Assembly (NCBI GenBank): GCA_965238175.1
Contig: CBDEGZ010000003.1
Span: forward strand, 2,496,001 to 2,560,000
Length of the DNA: 64,000 nt
Origin: Gammaproteobacteria bacterium
Lineage (GTDB): Bacteria > Pseudomonadota > Gammaproteobacteria > CAJXQU01
Reading direction: 5' to 3'
Shown here: positions 9,929 through 20,432 of the stretch, piece by piece
How the letters are laid out: each line of letters begins with the position of its first letter
Position numbering within the stretch: position 1 is the stretch's first letter
Program-made: the position numbers and the translations under genes
The notes under the pieces: generated by a model
The model's database searches: none
Seen by the model: only the letters and a program-made list of their open reading frames with translations
Told to the model about the DNA's origin: nothing

Positions 9929-11719
9929 ATGACCGACGAATACAAAATTATTGAACATCAATACGATACGATCGTTGTAGGTGCTGGTGGGGCGGGTCTT
10001 CGTGCCACATTTGGTATGGCACAAAAAGGCTTAAAAACAGCTTGCCTGACAAAGGTATTCCCAACAAGAAGTCACACGGTTGCTGCTCAAGGTGGTATGA
10101 GTGCGTCATTGGGTAATATGAGTGAAGATAGCTGGCAATGGCATATGTATGACACCGTTAAAGGTTCTGACTGGTTAGGCGATCAAGATGCGATTGAGTA
10201 TATGTGTCGCGAAGCTGTGCCTTCAGTAATCGAATTAGAGCATTATGGCGTTCCCTTTTCTCGTACAGAGGAAGGTAAGATCTACCAACGGCCATTCGGT
10301 GGGATGACCACAAACTTTGGTGAAGGCATTGCGCAGCGTACTTGTGCTGCGGCAGATCGAACTGGCCACGCCATCCTACATACGCTTTATCAACAATCAC
10401 TTAAACATGATGCCGAGTTCTTTATTGAATACTTCGCGCTTGATTTGGTCATGGATGAAGATGGTAGTTGTAAAGGTGTACTCGCATGGTGTCTTGAAGA
10501 TGGCTCCTTACACTTGTTCCGCGGTCATGAAACTATCCTGGCCACCGGTGGTTACGGTCGTTCTTATTTCTCATGTACTTCAGCACATACTTGTACTGGT
10601 GATGGTAATGCGATGGCTCTTCGAGCTGGTTTACCATTACAAGATATGGAATTCATTCAATTCCATCCGACAGGTATCTATGGATCGGGTTGTCTGATCA
10701 CTGAAGGTGTTCGTGGCGAAGGTGGTTATCTTACCAATTCTGAAGGTGAACGTTTTATGGAACGTTATGCACCGAATGCGAAAGATTTAGCATCACGTGA
10801 TGTCGTTAGTCGCTCAATGACTATTGAAATTCGTGAAGGTCGCGGTGTTGGTAAAGACAAAGATCATATCCATTTGCACCTTGAGCATTTAGGCCCAGAA
10901 GTGATTAATGAACGTTTGCCTGGCATAGCAGAATCTGCTGAAATTTTTGCTGGTGTAGATGTGTCGAAAGAGCCTATCCCAGTGATCCCAACAGTTCACT
11001 ACAATATGGGAGGTATTCCAACTAATTATCATGGTGAAGTTGTTACTTTAAAAGATAACGATCCTGATCATGTAGTGCAGGGACTAATGGCCATCGGTGA
11101 AGCTGCTTGTGTTTCTGTTCATGGTGCAAATCGTCTTGGATCAAATTCCTTACTTGATTTGATCGTCTTTGGTCGCGCATCCGCAATTCGTGCTGCAGAA
11201 AAAGTACAACCTGGTCAGCAGCATAGTCCTCTACCAGAAGGAACAGTTGAAAAGTTGGTTGCTCGTTTCGATAAAACAAGAAACGCTAAAGGTTCAATAC
11301 CAACGGCAAAAATTCGCGATAACCTGCAACGTACAATGCAAAACAACGCGGCTGTTTTCAGAACCGGAGATGTTATGCAGGAAGGCATCGACAAGCTTAA
11401 GGGTGTTTGTGAATCATTTTCCGATGTACAAGTTTCAGATAGATCAATGATTTGGAATACAGATCTAGTGGAAACATTGGAGTTAGAAAACCTACTGCAA
11501 TGTGCAAGCGTCAGTATCCATGGCGCTTTGAATCGTGAAGAAAGTCGTGGCGCACATGCGCGTGAGGACTTTGCGGATCGAGATGATGAGAATTGGATGA
11601 AGCATACCTTGGCTACGTTAAACGATAACTGGAGCGTGAAATTTGAGTACAGGCCTGTTCATGCTTATACGCTGACAAAAGAAATCGATTACATCAAACC
11701 TAAAGCACGTGTTTATTAA
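9929..11719 (+). CDS. sdhA: Succinate dehydrogenase flavoprotein
   Basis: [16 protein letters not shown] (FAD-His) and [11 protein letters not shown] motifs. Confidence 0.99.
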   Translation: MTDEYKIIEHQYDTIVVGAGGAGLRATFGMAQKGLKTACLTKVFPTRSHTVAAQGGMSASLGNMSEDSWQWHMYDTVKGSDWLGDQDAIEYMCREAVPSVIELEHYGVPFSRTEEGKIYQRPFGGMTTNFGEGIAQRTCAAADRTGHAILHTLYQQSLKHDAEFFIEYFALDLVMDEDGSCKGVLAWCLEDGSLHLFRGHETILATGGYGRSYFSCTSAHTCTGDGNAMALRAGLPLQDMEFIQFHPTGIYGSGCLITEGVRGEGGYLTNSEGERFMERYAPNAKDLASRDVVSRSMTIEIREGRGVGKDKDHIHLHLEHLGPEVINERLPGIAESAEIFAGVDVSKEPIPVIPTVHYNMGGIPTNYHGEVVTLKDNDPDHVVQGLMAIGEAACVSVHGANRLGSNSLLDLIVFGRASAIRAAEKVQPGQQHSPLPEGTVEKLVARFDKTRNAKGSIPTAKIRDNLQRTMQNNAAVFRTGDVMQEGIDKLKGVCESFSDVQVSDRSMIWNTDLVETLELENLLQCASVSIHGALNREESRGAHAREDFADRDDENWMKHTLATLNDNWSVKFEYRPVHAYTLTKEIDYIKPKARVY

Positions 11720-11733
11720 AAAGGAAAGCAGAT

Positions 11734-12519
11734 ATGGTTGAATTTACACTTCCAGAGAATTCAAAAATCGGTACAGGTAAAACCGTTACTGCGGCCAATT
11801 CCGCAACCAATAAAAAGACGTTCAAAGTTTATCGATGGGATCCGGATAGTGGTGAAAATCCGCGCATGGACACCTTTGAAATTGATCTTGATAATTGCGG
11901 CCCTATGGTGCTTGATGCATTGTTGCATATCAAAGATGAACTGGATCCAACGCTGACCCTCAGAAGATCATGTCGTGAAGGAATTTGTGGTTCTTGTGCA
12001 ATGAACATTGATGGTCGAAATACGCTTGCTTGTACTAAAGCAATAGCAGATATAGATGATGAGGTTAAAGTTTACCCTCTGCCTCATATGGCGGTCGTTA
12101 AAGATCTAGTGCCAGATTTAACCCATTTTTATGCACAGTACGCCTCGATAAAACCCTGGATGCATACAGACAGCCCAACACCGCCCGTTAATGAAGAGCG
12201 CCTTCAATCGAAAGATGATCGTGCGAAATTGGATGGGCTGTATGAATGCATTCTCTGCGCATGTTGCTCAACGAGTTGTCCAAGTTATTGGTGGAACAGC
12301 GATCGTTATTTGGGCCCTGCGGCACTACTGCAAGCCTATCGTTGGATTGCTGATAGTCGTGATGAAGCGACTGGTGAACGACTTGAAGATCTGGAAGATC
12401 CATTCAAGTTATATCGTTGCCACACCATTATGAATTGTGCTGAAACATGTCCGAAAGGATTAAATCCAGCAAAAGCGATCGCTGAGATCAAAAAATTACA
12501 GATCAGTAAGGGAACCTGA
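11734..12519 (+). CDS. sdhB: Succinate dehydrogenase iron-sulfur subunit
   Basis: [23 protein letters not shown] and [12 protein letters not shown] clusters. Confidence 0.99.
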   Translation: MVEFTLPENSKIGTGKTVTAANSATNKKTFKVYRWDPDSGENPRMDTFEIDLDNCGPMVLDALLHIKDELDPTLTLRRSCREGICGSCAMNIDGRNTLACTKAIADIDDEVKVYPLPHMAVVKDLVPDLTHFYAQYASIKPWMHTDSPTPPVNEERLQSKDDRAKLDGLYECILCACCSTSCPSYWWNSDRYLGPAALLQAYRWIADSRDEATGERLEDLEDPFKLYRCHTIMNCAETCPKGLNPAKAIAEIKKLQISKGT

Positions 12520-12526
12520 TCAAGCA

Positions 12527-12808
12527 GTGTCTGATCAGGAAGTAAGCTCACGCGTCCGTGATCATAACCGCGTACGCTGGCTTTGCCGCCGCGGCATGAA
12601 AGAGTTAGATCTGGTCATCAACCGTTTTTTTGAAAACGAATACGATTCACTTTCAGAACAAGATCAAATTTATTTCAAAGATTTCCTGGAGGTTGAAGAT
12701 CCTGAGATCTACTCATGGATCATGGGGCGAACCACACCGGAAAATCAACACCACGCAGCGATTATCAACAAGTTACAAAACATGTTTGACAAACCCATTG
12801 GGTCTTAA
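12527..12808 (+). CDS. sdhE: FAD assembly factor SdhE
   Basis: RWLCRRGMKELD motif. Confidence 0.95.
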   Translation: MSDQEVSSRVRDHNRVRWLCRRGMKELDLVINRFFENEYDSLSEQDQIYFKDFLEVEDPEIYSWIMGRTTPENQHHAAIINKLQNMFDKPIGS

Positions 12809-12828
12809 GTAATTTCCATAACAATCAA

Positions 12829-13755
12829 TTGAATACAAACAATTTCTCTATTAAAGGACCTAATCTGATCAAACTTGATCAATATGTTCTTATTAAAATA
12901 GAAGGTAAAAATTCGCTTGAGTTTTTACACAATCAATTTACCAATGATCTAAAAAAACTTCCGGAAAATAGCCTCGGGCTGGGAGCCTGGTGTTCGATAA
13001 AAGGACGTGTTCTGTACAGTTTCAGGATCTGGCATCAGGAAAATATCTTCTATTTGATTTTACTTAAATCACAGACAGACACTTTTGTTAAAAAATTGAA
13101 GATGTTTATTTTACGATCTGATGTGTCGCTAAGCATTTTAGAAGATCAATTTATGTATGGTCTATACGGAGACAATTCAGATCAGCTAATTTCGAGCTCT
13201 CTGCAAGATAACCGCGTCTCACATACTGATGAACAAATATTGATCAAACTTACATCAAAAACTTCGCGCTATTTGATTATTACTAAGGATAATGACCTAA
13301 AACTTGATTCTCTATCCATTCAAACTGATCAAAAACCATTATTAAATCAATGGAGTCTTCTTGATATTGCAGAAGGTTTGTCGGAAATAACACCTGAAAC
13401 TACTGACATGTTTTTACCACAAATGCTTGATTTTGAAAGACTAGGTGGGCTTAGTTTCCAAAAAGGTTGTTACCCAGGCCAAGAAATCGTGGCGCGAGTG
13501 AAATACCGTGGCGAGTTAAAGAAGCAACTCTATCGAGCCAAGATTTCTTCTGAAAGCAACGTCATTGCCGGAATGTCACTCGTCCTCACAGAAGATGGAT
13601 CAGATAAACTTGTGGGTCATATTGTCAATTCAGCGCAAACCGATTCAAATGTTTTATGGTCAGCACTAGTTGTTATCAATATAAATGCTAGCGAATCGAC
13701 TGAAATTAAACTGCAATCTGATAGCGGTTCTCAATGCACGTTTAGCTCCCTTTAA
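12829..13755 (+). CDS. ygfZ: Folate-binding Fe-S repair/tRNA-modifying protein YgfZ
   Basis: KGCYPGQEIVAR signature. Confidence 0.93.
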   Translation: MNTNNFSIKGPNLIKLDQYVLIKIEGKNSLEFLHNQFTNDLKKLPENSLGLGAWCSIKGRVLYSFRIWHQENIFYLILLKSQTDTFVKKLKMFILRSDVSLSILEDQFMYGLYGDNSDQLISSSLQDNRVSHTDEQILIKLTSKTSRYLIITKDNDLKLDSLSIQTDQKPLLNQWSLLDIAEGLSEITPETTDMFLPQMLDFERLGGLSFQKGCYPGQEIVARVKYRGELKKQLYRAKISSESNVIAGMSLVLTEDGSDKLVGHIVNSAQTDSNVLWSALVVININASESTEIKLQSDSGSQCTFSSL

Positions 13756-13893
13756 AATTAAACCAATGTCAGGCTTCTCAAGCCATACTAACCAGTGATC
13801 TCCTCCAGTATTTTTAGGATAATTTCCTATTCTATAAGCGCTATTTTCTTGTCACGAAAAGAATTACACCGTGATAAAATCAGGTATATTAAC

Positions 13894-14108
13894 TAACCTA
13901 AACTCGGGATAAGAATGACCCTAAAAACATTAAAAAACATTGAATTAGGTGAAAACACGGTGACTGTTTTGTCCAGTGGGCTTCTTTTAGTGGCTATTAA
14001 GGCGGAGTTGTGTAGCAATAGCGAGCTATTGGAAACAACTCCAACGCACAGCACAGAGGCGCTAAAAGAAGTCTGCTGGAGGGTATTTCTTATCCCGAAT
14101 TCAGGTTA
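13894..14108. mobile_element. MITE-like palindromic element with 28-bp imperfect terminal inverted repeats and a nested internal hairpin
   Basis: Left end TAACCTAAACTCGGGATAAGAATGACCC (13894-13921) versus reverse complement of right end TAACCTGAATTCGGGATAAGAAATACCC (14081-14108). Inner stems span 13972-14080. No credible ORF. Confidence 0.7.
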
Positions 14109-14167
14109 ACTAGACATTAGCAGGAATCAGGCAATCACCTCTTCCAATCTCAGGCGATAAATAATCC

Positions 14168-14977
14168 ATGATTTTTAAAAAACCAACAATCTTCATTTCG
14201 CTACTACTGAGTATTTCCATTGCACTTATTACTTTCGAGACTCATTCAGAAGATCAAATGGGATCTAAACTAGAATCGGCAATCGACATACGTCTGGAGG
14301 GGCAAAAAGAGTCAATAGAATCTCAAAAAGAAATTGATCAACTGGCCGATCAAAAACTCAGTATGGTTCAGGACTACCAACAAGCAACCATCCAATTAGG
14401 AGATCTGCAAGTTTACAATAACCAGCTAGAGAAATTAGTTGAAAAACAACGCGAAAAACTCGCCTCTTTTGATCAACAATTAGAAAGTGCTCGAGAGGCG
14501 CAAAGAAACATTGTGCCGATGATGTTGAAAATGGTCAAAGTACTGAGTCGGTTTATTCAACTAGATACACCTTTTCTGCATGAAGAACGTTCAATGCGTG
14601 TGACTGCCCTGAAAGAAATGCTTGATGATCCTACAGTAACAACCTCTGAGAAATATCGCCGAATTCTAGAGGCTTATCAAATTGAAGCAGATTATGGTCG
14701 AACGATAGAATCTTATAATGGTGAGATTACACTTGGAAGTGAGAATCGTTCAGTCGAGTTTTTACGTGTTGGTCGTGTTGCGTTAATTTATTCAAGCCTT
14801 AATGGATCAGAAGCCGGTTTTTGGAATAAAAACAATAAACAATGGCAACTATTGCCAGTAGAGTATAACGAGTCAATCAATCACGGTTTGCGTATTGCAA
14901 GAAAAGAATCACCACCTGATCTAATTAAAATCCCACTCGATCTGAGCAAAGTTGAATTCTCGGGAGATCCAGAATGA
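14168..14977 (+). CDS. DUF3450 family periplasmic coiled-coil protein (TtpB-like)
   Basis: Signal peptide, DTPFLHEER, SEKYRRILEAYQIEADYG and FLRVGRVAL; first gene of a TonB2-type operon. Confidence 0.88.
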   Translation: MIFKKPTIFISLLLSISIALITFETHSEDQMGSKLESAIDIRLEGQKESIESQKEIDQLADQKLSMVQDYQQATIQLGDLQVYNNQLEKLVEKQREKLASFDQQLESAREAQRNIVPMMLKMVKVLSRFIQLDTPFLHEERSMRVTALKEMLDDPTVTTSEKYRRILEAYQIEADYGRTIESYNGEITLGSENRSVEFLRVGRVALIYSSLNGSEAGFWNKNNKQWQLLPVEYNESINHGLRIARKESPPDLIKIPLDLSKVEFSGDPE

Positions 14978-16323
14978 AGCTTCGATGGATCCTGATTTTA
15001 ATCATCATTACGTTCAGTTCTGCCAGCCAGGCCATACCGCAGACATTGGAAGATCTGCTCGACGAGGTTCGACAAGGGCGTGCCGCAGAAAAGATCGAAA
15101 ATGCTGAACGCGTAAAACGTTTTGAAGACAATAAGAATCAACAAGCTTCGATATTAGCAAAAGCGAAAACCGATCTACAAAAAGAAGAGTTTCGTGGTGA
15201 ACAATTAAGAATAGAGTACGAACAAAACCAGCAAAGAACCGAACAACAAGAAGAAGTTTTGTTAGAAACTGCTGGCACTATCAGTGAGCTGCAAGGTGTC
15301 ACACGCCAAATGGCTAGAGATATAAAAAATGTCATCAGTGCATCGTTGGTTTCTGCTGAAAAAACGGAACGGATTGAAGCGATTGATACACTGGCCAACA
15401 GTAAAGAACTGCCCTCCTCCGAACAATTGCAGATCTTATGGCAAACGATTTTGGAAGAAATGATCGAATCTGGAAAAGTAAGCCAGTTTAAGGCCGGTGT
15501 TGTCACCACAGATGGAGAAGAGATTGAAAAGATAGTTACTCGCGTTGGTACGTTTAACGCCAGTGCCGACGGCCAATTTCTGCGATATCTGCCGGATACC
15601 GGTCGATTAATCGAGCCACGGCGCCAGCCTTCTTATCGTTTTCAGAAACTGGCAGCAAAACTAGAAAAGCATAATAACGAAGAACTACTCCCTATGGTGG
15701 TTGATCCCACACGAGGTGCAATGCTGGCGCTATTAGTACAAAAGCCAAATCTTAAAGAAAGAATTCAACAAGGTGGTGTTATTGGTTACATCATCATTGC
15801 CATAGGAATTATTGCATTACTTATTGCGATTGAGCGTTTTGTTGTCTTACTAATAACAGGACGAAAAGTTAAAAAACAAACGAAAGAAAATGATCCTGAT
15901 ACTGGAAATCCTTTATGTAGGATCATGCTCGCTTATACAGAAAATCCTGATATAAATGCAGAAACCTTAGAATTAAAACTGGACGAAGCCATTTTACGCG
16001 AGCTTCCAAAGATAAAACGTGGTCTTAGAACGCTAGCAATTCTAGCAGCGATTGCCCCTTTGCTAGGGTTGCTAGGCACCGTCACAGGGATTATTGAAAC
16101 ATTTCAATCGATCACATTATATGGAACGGGTGATCCACGTTTAATGTCCGGTGGTATCTCACAAGCTCTGGTAACCACAGTACTTGGCCTCATCGTCGCA
16201 ATCCCGATATTGTTATTGCACAGTATGCTTTCCGGTCGAAGCAACGACATTGTTCAGATTCTCGATGAAAAGAGTGTTGCTATCGTGGCGAAACTTGCGG
16301 AGAAACGCAGTGCCTCTGTTTGA
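14974..16323 (+). CDS. Long MotA/TolQ/ExbB family protein (TtpC-like)
   Basis: Periplasmic N-terminal region, VDPTRG motif, C-terminal APLLGLLGTVTG...GGISQALVTT. Confidence 0.92.
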   Translation: MKLRWILILIIITFSSASQAIPQTLEDLLDEVRQGRAAEKIENAERVKRFEDNKNQQASILAKAKTDLQKEEFRGEQLRIEYEQNQQRTEQQEEVLLETAGTISELQGVTRQMARDIKNVISASLVSAEKTERIEAIDTLANSKELPSSEQLQILWQTILEEMIESGKVSQFKAGVVTTDGEEIEKIVTRVGTFNASADGQFLRYLPDTGRLIEPRRQPSYRFQKLAAKLEKHNNEELLPMVVDPTRGAMLALLVQKPNLKERIQQGGVIGYIIIAIGIIALLIAIERFVVLLITGRKVKKQTKENDPDTGNPLCRIMLAYTENPDINAETLELKLDEAILRELPKIKRGLRTLAILAAIAPLLGLLGTVTGIIETFQSITLYGTGDPRLMSGGISQALVTTVLGLIVAIPILLLHSMLSGRSNDIVQILDEKSVAIVAKLAEKRSASV

Positions 16324-16816
16324 AGGCTTTCAGCGGCTACTTGATCATGGCGGCTTAGTGCTGATTATGATCATGCTGGTCTCGTTCATTATGTGGACGT
16401 TGATCATCGAGCGATATTTATACTTATATGTCATTCATCCTCGACAACTTAAACAACAGATTGATGATTGGTCATCAAGAAATGATCACACGTCCTGGTA
16501 TGCACATAGTTTTCGTCAGGGCTTAATCGGTGAGATAAATTCAAACTTGCAAAAAAACCTGTTATTGATCAAAGCACTCGTTAGTGTGCTACCTCTTTTG
16601 GGCTTGTTAGGAACAGTTTCCGGGATGATTTCAACCTTTGAGGTCATGATGGTATTTGGATCCGGAAATGCCAGAGGTATGTCAGCCGGTATTTCTGAAG
16701 CATTGATCACCACAGCGGCAGGTCTGGTTACCTCTATTTCGGGCCTTTATTTCAGCTCACAATTACAAAGCCAGGCTGAAAATGAAAAGAATAAAATGAC
16801 GGATTTATTGATTTAG
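16310..16816 (+). CDS. exbB: ExbB (MotA/TolQ/ExbB proton channel)
   Basis: PLLGLLGTVSGMI and AGISEALITT motifs. GTG at 16310 with GGAG RBS taken as start. Confidence 0.88.
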   Translation: MPLFEGFQRLLDHGGLVLIMIMLVSFIMWTLIIERYLYLYVIHPRQLKQQIDDWSSRNDHTSWYAHSFRQGLIGEINSNLQKNLLLIKALVSVLPLLGLLGTVSGMISTFEVMMVFGSGNARGMSAGISEALITTAAGLVTSISGLYFSSQLQSQAENEKNKMTDLLI

Positions 16817-16817
16817 A

Positions 16818-17234
16818 ATGCGACGCTCACATACAGATCAAGCGACTAGCAATGCAGAAGTCAACCTGACGCCACTTATTGATATGGTCTTTATCTTATT
16901 GATTTTCTTTATTGTTACGTCATCCTTTGTTAAAGAGTCAGGTATTGAAGTCAATCGCCCTAGCGCTCAAACAGCCGAAAGACAAGAACGCGCAAATATT
17001 ATTATCGCAGCAAACAGCAAAGGCGAAGTCTGGATAGACAAGCGCAAAATCGATATACACACAGTCCGATCACATATAGAAAGGTTACGGGCAGAGAATC
17101 CAGAAGGTTCGGTTGTAATACTTGCAGATGAGAAATCTCAAACAGGCCTAATGGTACAGATTATGGATCAAGTTCGACTGGCTGGAGTGACCAATATGTC
17201 TATTGCGGCGACAACTACTTCTGGTTCAGAGTGA
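16818..17234 (+). CDS. exbD: Biopolymer transporter ExbD
   Basis: NLTPLIDMVFILLIFFIVT motif. Confidence 0.95.
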   Translation: MRRSHTDQATSNAEVNLTPLIDMVFILLIFFIVTSSFVKESGIEVNRPSAQTAERQERANIIIAANSKGEVWIDKRKIDIHTVRSHIERLRAENPEGSVVILADEKSQTGLMVQIMDQVRLAGVTNMSIAATTTSGSE

Positions 17235-18028
17235 AATCATCTTTCAGTTCATCTGCAAATTTGACTGTGAGTTTGGCTCTGGCATTGCTGATCAACTTAC
17301 TTTTATTTCTCGCAATACAAAGGTTAGTCCAACCAGATCATTCAACCTTTTTGCTACCAGAACTGGTGACTATGGTAGATTTTATTCGCTTTAAGCAAGA
17401 GGATAAATTACCGGAACCGAAACTGCACGAACTGTTACCTAGCAGACCAAAACCACCGAAGAAACCACCACCGCCTCCCAAACAGAAGCAACCCGATCCA
17501 GAGAAACCTAAACCGAAAAAGATCAAGTTACCGACTCCAAAAGTGAAACTGCCATTGCATATGACAAATGGCCCACACTTAGGTGACTTTCTAAAAAAGC
17601 CAAAACCAAAGAAAACGATCATTCAAAAAACTGCACCTATACCTGAACCTATCGTCGTTCCAGATCCTGAACCTGTTATTGAACAGATAGCCGAACCTGT
17701 TGTTCAAGATCCTATTGAACAGACCAAAATTGATCCAGGTCTTACAGAATCACAAATCGAAACTGATGTCGTTCCTACTTATAAGTCTAAGCCTAAATAT
17801 CCTTCAAGAGCTCTACGAGCAAAGATAAATGGTGCTGTCACGCTGGAGTTTATAATCACCGAAAAAGGGACCGTAAAGGATCCAATCATTATTAAATCTG
17901 ATCCGCCTAAAATATTTGATAAATCGGCTTTAAAAGCGATCAAAAAATGGAAATTTAAACCCAAAGTTGTTAACGGCAAACCTGTCAGTCGACGTGCCCA
18001 ACTGAATATTAATTTCAATATTAAATGA
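17231..18028 (+). CDS. tonB: Energy transducer TonB
   Basis: N-terminal TM helix, Pro/Lys-rich spacer, C-terminal YPSRA...WKFKP domain. Confidence 0.93.
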   Translation: MKSSFSSSANLTVSLALALLINLLLFLAIQRLVQPDHSTFLLPELVTMVDFIRFKQEDKLPEPKLHELLPSRPKPPKKPPPPPKQKQPDPEKPKPKKIKLPTPKVKLPLHMTNGPHLGDFLKKPKPKKTIIQKTAPIPEPIVVPDPEPVIEQIAEPVVQDPIEQTKIDPGLTESQIETDVVPTYKSKPKYPSRALRAKINGAVTLEFIITEKGTVKDPIIIKSDPPKIFDKSALKAIKKWKFKPKVVNGKPVSRRAQLNINFNIK

Positions 18029-19275
18029 TGACTGGAATTTCCTACTTACTCCCCGTTTTTATCGTCACCGCTCTCTCACTATGCTGTGCCGATAATACAA
18101 TCGCTGCTGAGAATGAAAAGAAATACTTATTGTCAGAAAAAAACTGGAACAAACTTTCTGAAATAAATAAATTACTTGAGTCTGATCAATCTGATAAAGC
18201 GATAAATGAACTTAATGCTTTAAGTATCGAGGCTCAAGATGTTACCTACGATTCTGCGGTCATTCAACAGACCTTAGGTTATGCTTATATCTCGAACAAT
18301 GACTACCCAAATGCTATCAAGGCATTTCAACTCGCGTTGAATTCAAATGTTCTACCTCCAAATGTAATCCACGACTTGCAGTTTAATTTGGCTCAACTTC
18401 TGATCTACGCTAATCGTTACGACGAAGGCTTAAGTTATTTCCAACCATGGTTGGGTTCTGAACCTAACCCATCAATAGATGCTTATATACTCGCGGGTAC
18501 TGCCTATTACGAATCAAAGCAATACAAAAAAGCTATTCCCTTTGCGAAAAATGTGATCCAACTAAAAGGTATATTTGACGAAACCTGGCATCAGATTTTA
18601 CTTAGTTGTTATCTGCAAACGAATCAATATAAAAATGCAGCAAGCTTGCTAGAAAGTATGCTAACAAACCAACCAGACAACAAAACCTACTGGCTGCAAC
18701 TACTCGCAACTTGGCAGAAAATAAATAATGATCAAAAAATACTCGCAACAATGGAGTTGATACACACAAAAGATCTGCTTGATGCTGAACAAATTAAACA
18801 ATTGATCAATATGTACCTTTATATGGATTTGCCTTATAAAGCTGCAGACTTATTAAAAACCCAACTCAAGACTGGATCTTTACCTAAAAATTCGGCTAAT
18901 TGGGAATTACTCGGCAATTGTTGGTTACAGGCGCAGGAACGCGAAAAAGCCGTGAGTGCCCTACTCGAGGCTGTGAAATTATCAGATCAAGCTGATCTAT
19001 ATTTTCGCATTGGACAGATCTATTTTGATCTTGAGGATTACTCACAAGCAACACACCAACTTCAGACAGCCTTATCTAAAAATCAATTAGAACAAAAAGG
19101 TTATCCTCAATTGTTACTTGGTATCTCACAATTCCATCAGAAAAACTACGAACAATCCCAAACGGCACTACAATTCGCACTTCAAAATAAAACAACCAAT
19201 GCACAAGCCCTTTGGTGGTTACAAAGAATTCATGATCTAAAAATTGACGACAATCATGAAGTAAGAACAAATTAA
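18025..19275 (+). CDS. TPR-repeat periplasmic protein (TtpD-like)
   Basis: Signal peptide and multiple TPR-like helices; last gene of the TonB operon. Confidence 0.85.
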   Translation: MMTGISYLLPVFIVTALSLCCADNTIAAENEKKYLLSEKNWNKLSEINKLLESDQSDKAINELNALSIEAQDVTYDSAVIQQTLGYAYISNNDYPNAIKAFQLALNSNVLPPNVIHDLQFNLAQLLIYANRYDEGLSYFQPWLGSEPNPSIDAYILAGTAYYESKQYKKAIPFAKNVIQLKGIFDETWHQILLSCYLQTNQYKNAASLLESMLTNQPDNKTYWLQLLATWQKINNDQKILATMELIHTKDLLDAEQIKQLINMYLYMDLPYKAADLLKTQLKTGSLPKNSANWELLGNCWLQAQEREKAVSALLEAVKLSDQADLYFRIGQIYFDLEDYSQATHQLQTALSKNQLEQKGYPQLLLGISQFHQKNYEQSQTALQFALQNKTTNAQALWWLQRIHDLKIDDNHEVRTN

Positions 19276-19423
19276 ACGGTAGTACTTCTGAGAAAGGAGT
19301 GCTTGGCTATACAAATCATCAAAGAAATGATGATTTCGTTTCCACTTGATGTTCTAGGGATATTAAAATCAGCTTACCAAAAAGTTACCGTCCACCCACA
19401 TCAGGGCTTAAATCATTAGCGGC

Positions 19424-20386
19424 CTAACGCGTACTGCGAATAACTTTAATATATTCACCCGGCGCTTCACGACTTGATCCAATGATAATACGTCGATCAT
19501 TACCATCTTCGGATTCTTCAATAAATCCAGAGACTTCCACAGTTTCACCAATAAAAGCCTGGCCAGTATAAGTCGGTGTAAAGCAAATTAAACGTTGCAA
19601 TTGAGGATGTTTAAGGGAATACGATGAAGGTGTGTCAAAGGCATATTCATCATTCGAAACCTCAGTGGTTATTTCCACTTTACCGACTTTTTTGTATGGC
19701 TGGTTTGAGTGTTCCTGCTTTTGATCATCTGTGACTAAACTTAGATCAAATTTGATATTCTCAAAAACTGCCTTATTGTACTTTCGTTTTTCATGCCAAA
19801 CATACTCGTCGAAAGTGAGACTGGGTAAACGCCGTTTATAGGCATCCTCCCAAAAATCTTGATCTAATGCTGAAAGATGGTTTTCTTTGATCAAATTGTT
19901 AATAACAGTGCGTGTTTGATGAAACACTTTCCTGTCATAAACAACCAGATCAATATCTGATTTGTCATTCTCCGCACCAATTAAGAATGAACCTGTAACG
20001 CCTAGAAAATCGAGATCAGTCCCATTTTTCACTAATAGAGTAATTAATTGAACTAATTTAACTTGTAAAGAGTTCTTGGGTTCTTTACAAGCTACCAGAT
20101 CAATCAACCTTTTCGTGGCTTGGTGATGTTTGTTTATTTTTAAAGTCGGAACTGCATGTAAAGCTGCATCGAATACTGAAGAGTAATAGAGATACGAGGG
20201 AAAGTTTTTTCTGAGATATAAGTTTGCTTGTTTAGTATCCAGTTTTTGCCACTTATTCTTGGTTTCAGATCTTATATAACGCAAAAAACATAAACAACAA
20301 TCATTTTCTTGCTTGTCTGAAACAACAGCAAACACCAGACCTTCTTCTGTTTCAAGGAAATCTTTTGTTTTGATTTGTAATGACAC
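19424..20386 (-). CDS. Pol-beta-superfamily nucleotidyltransferase domain protein (archaeal COG1665-like)
   Basis: GVTGSFLIG...SDIDLVVY catalytic motif; N-terminal DFLETEEGLVFAV; C-terminal TYTGQA...VEVSG...IGSSREAPGEYI. Confidence 0.7.
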   Translation of the reverse strand: MSLQIKTKDFLETEEGLVFAVVSDKQENDCCLCFLRYIRSETKNKWQKLDTKQANLYLRKNFPSYLYYSSVFDAALHAVPTLKINKHHQATKRLIDLVACKEPKNSLQVKLVQLITLLVKNGTDLDFLGVTGSFLIGAENDKSDIDLVVYDRKVFHQTRTVINNLIKENHLSALDQDFWEDAYKRRLPSLTFDEYVWHEKRKYNKAVFENIKFDLSLVTDDQKQEHSNQPYKKVGKVEITTEVSNDEYAFDTPSSYSLKHPQLQRLICFTPTYTGQAFIGETVEVSGFIEESEDGNDRRIIIGSSREAPGEYIKVIRSTR

Positions 20387-20432
20387 TTATCTCCCAAAAA
20401 CGATAAGAAAGATTTCTTTTGAGATTTGAAAC

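Noticed and set aside
13915-14109. 64-aa ORF in the ygfZ-TonB intergenic region
   Set aside because: It lies within the palindromic element and is better explained as a chance frame.
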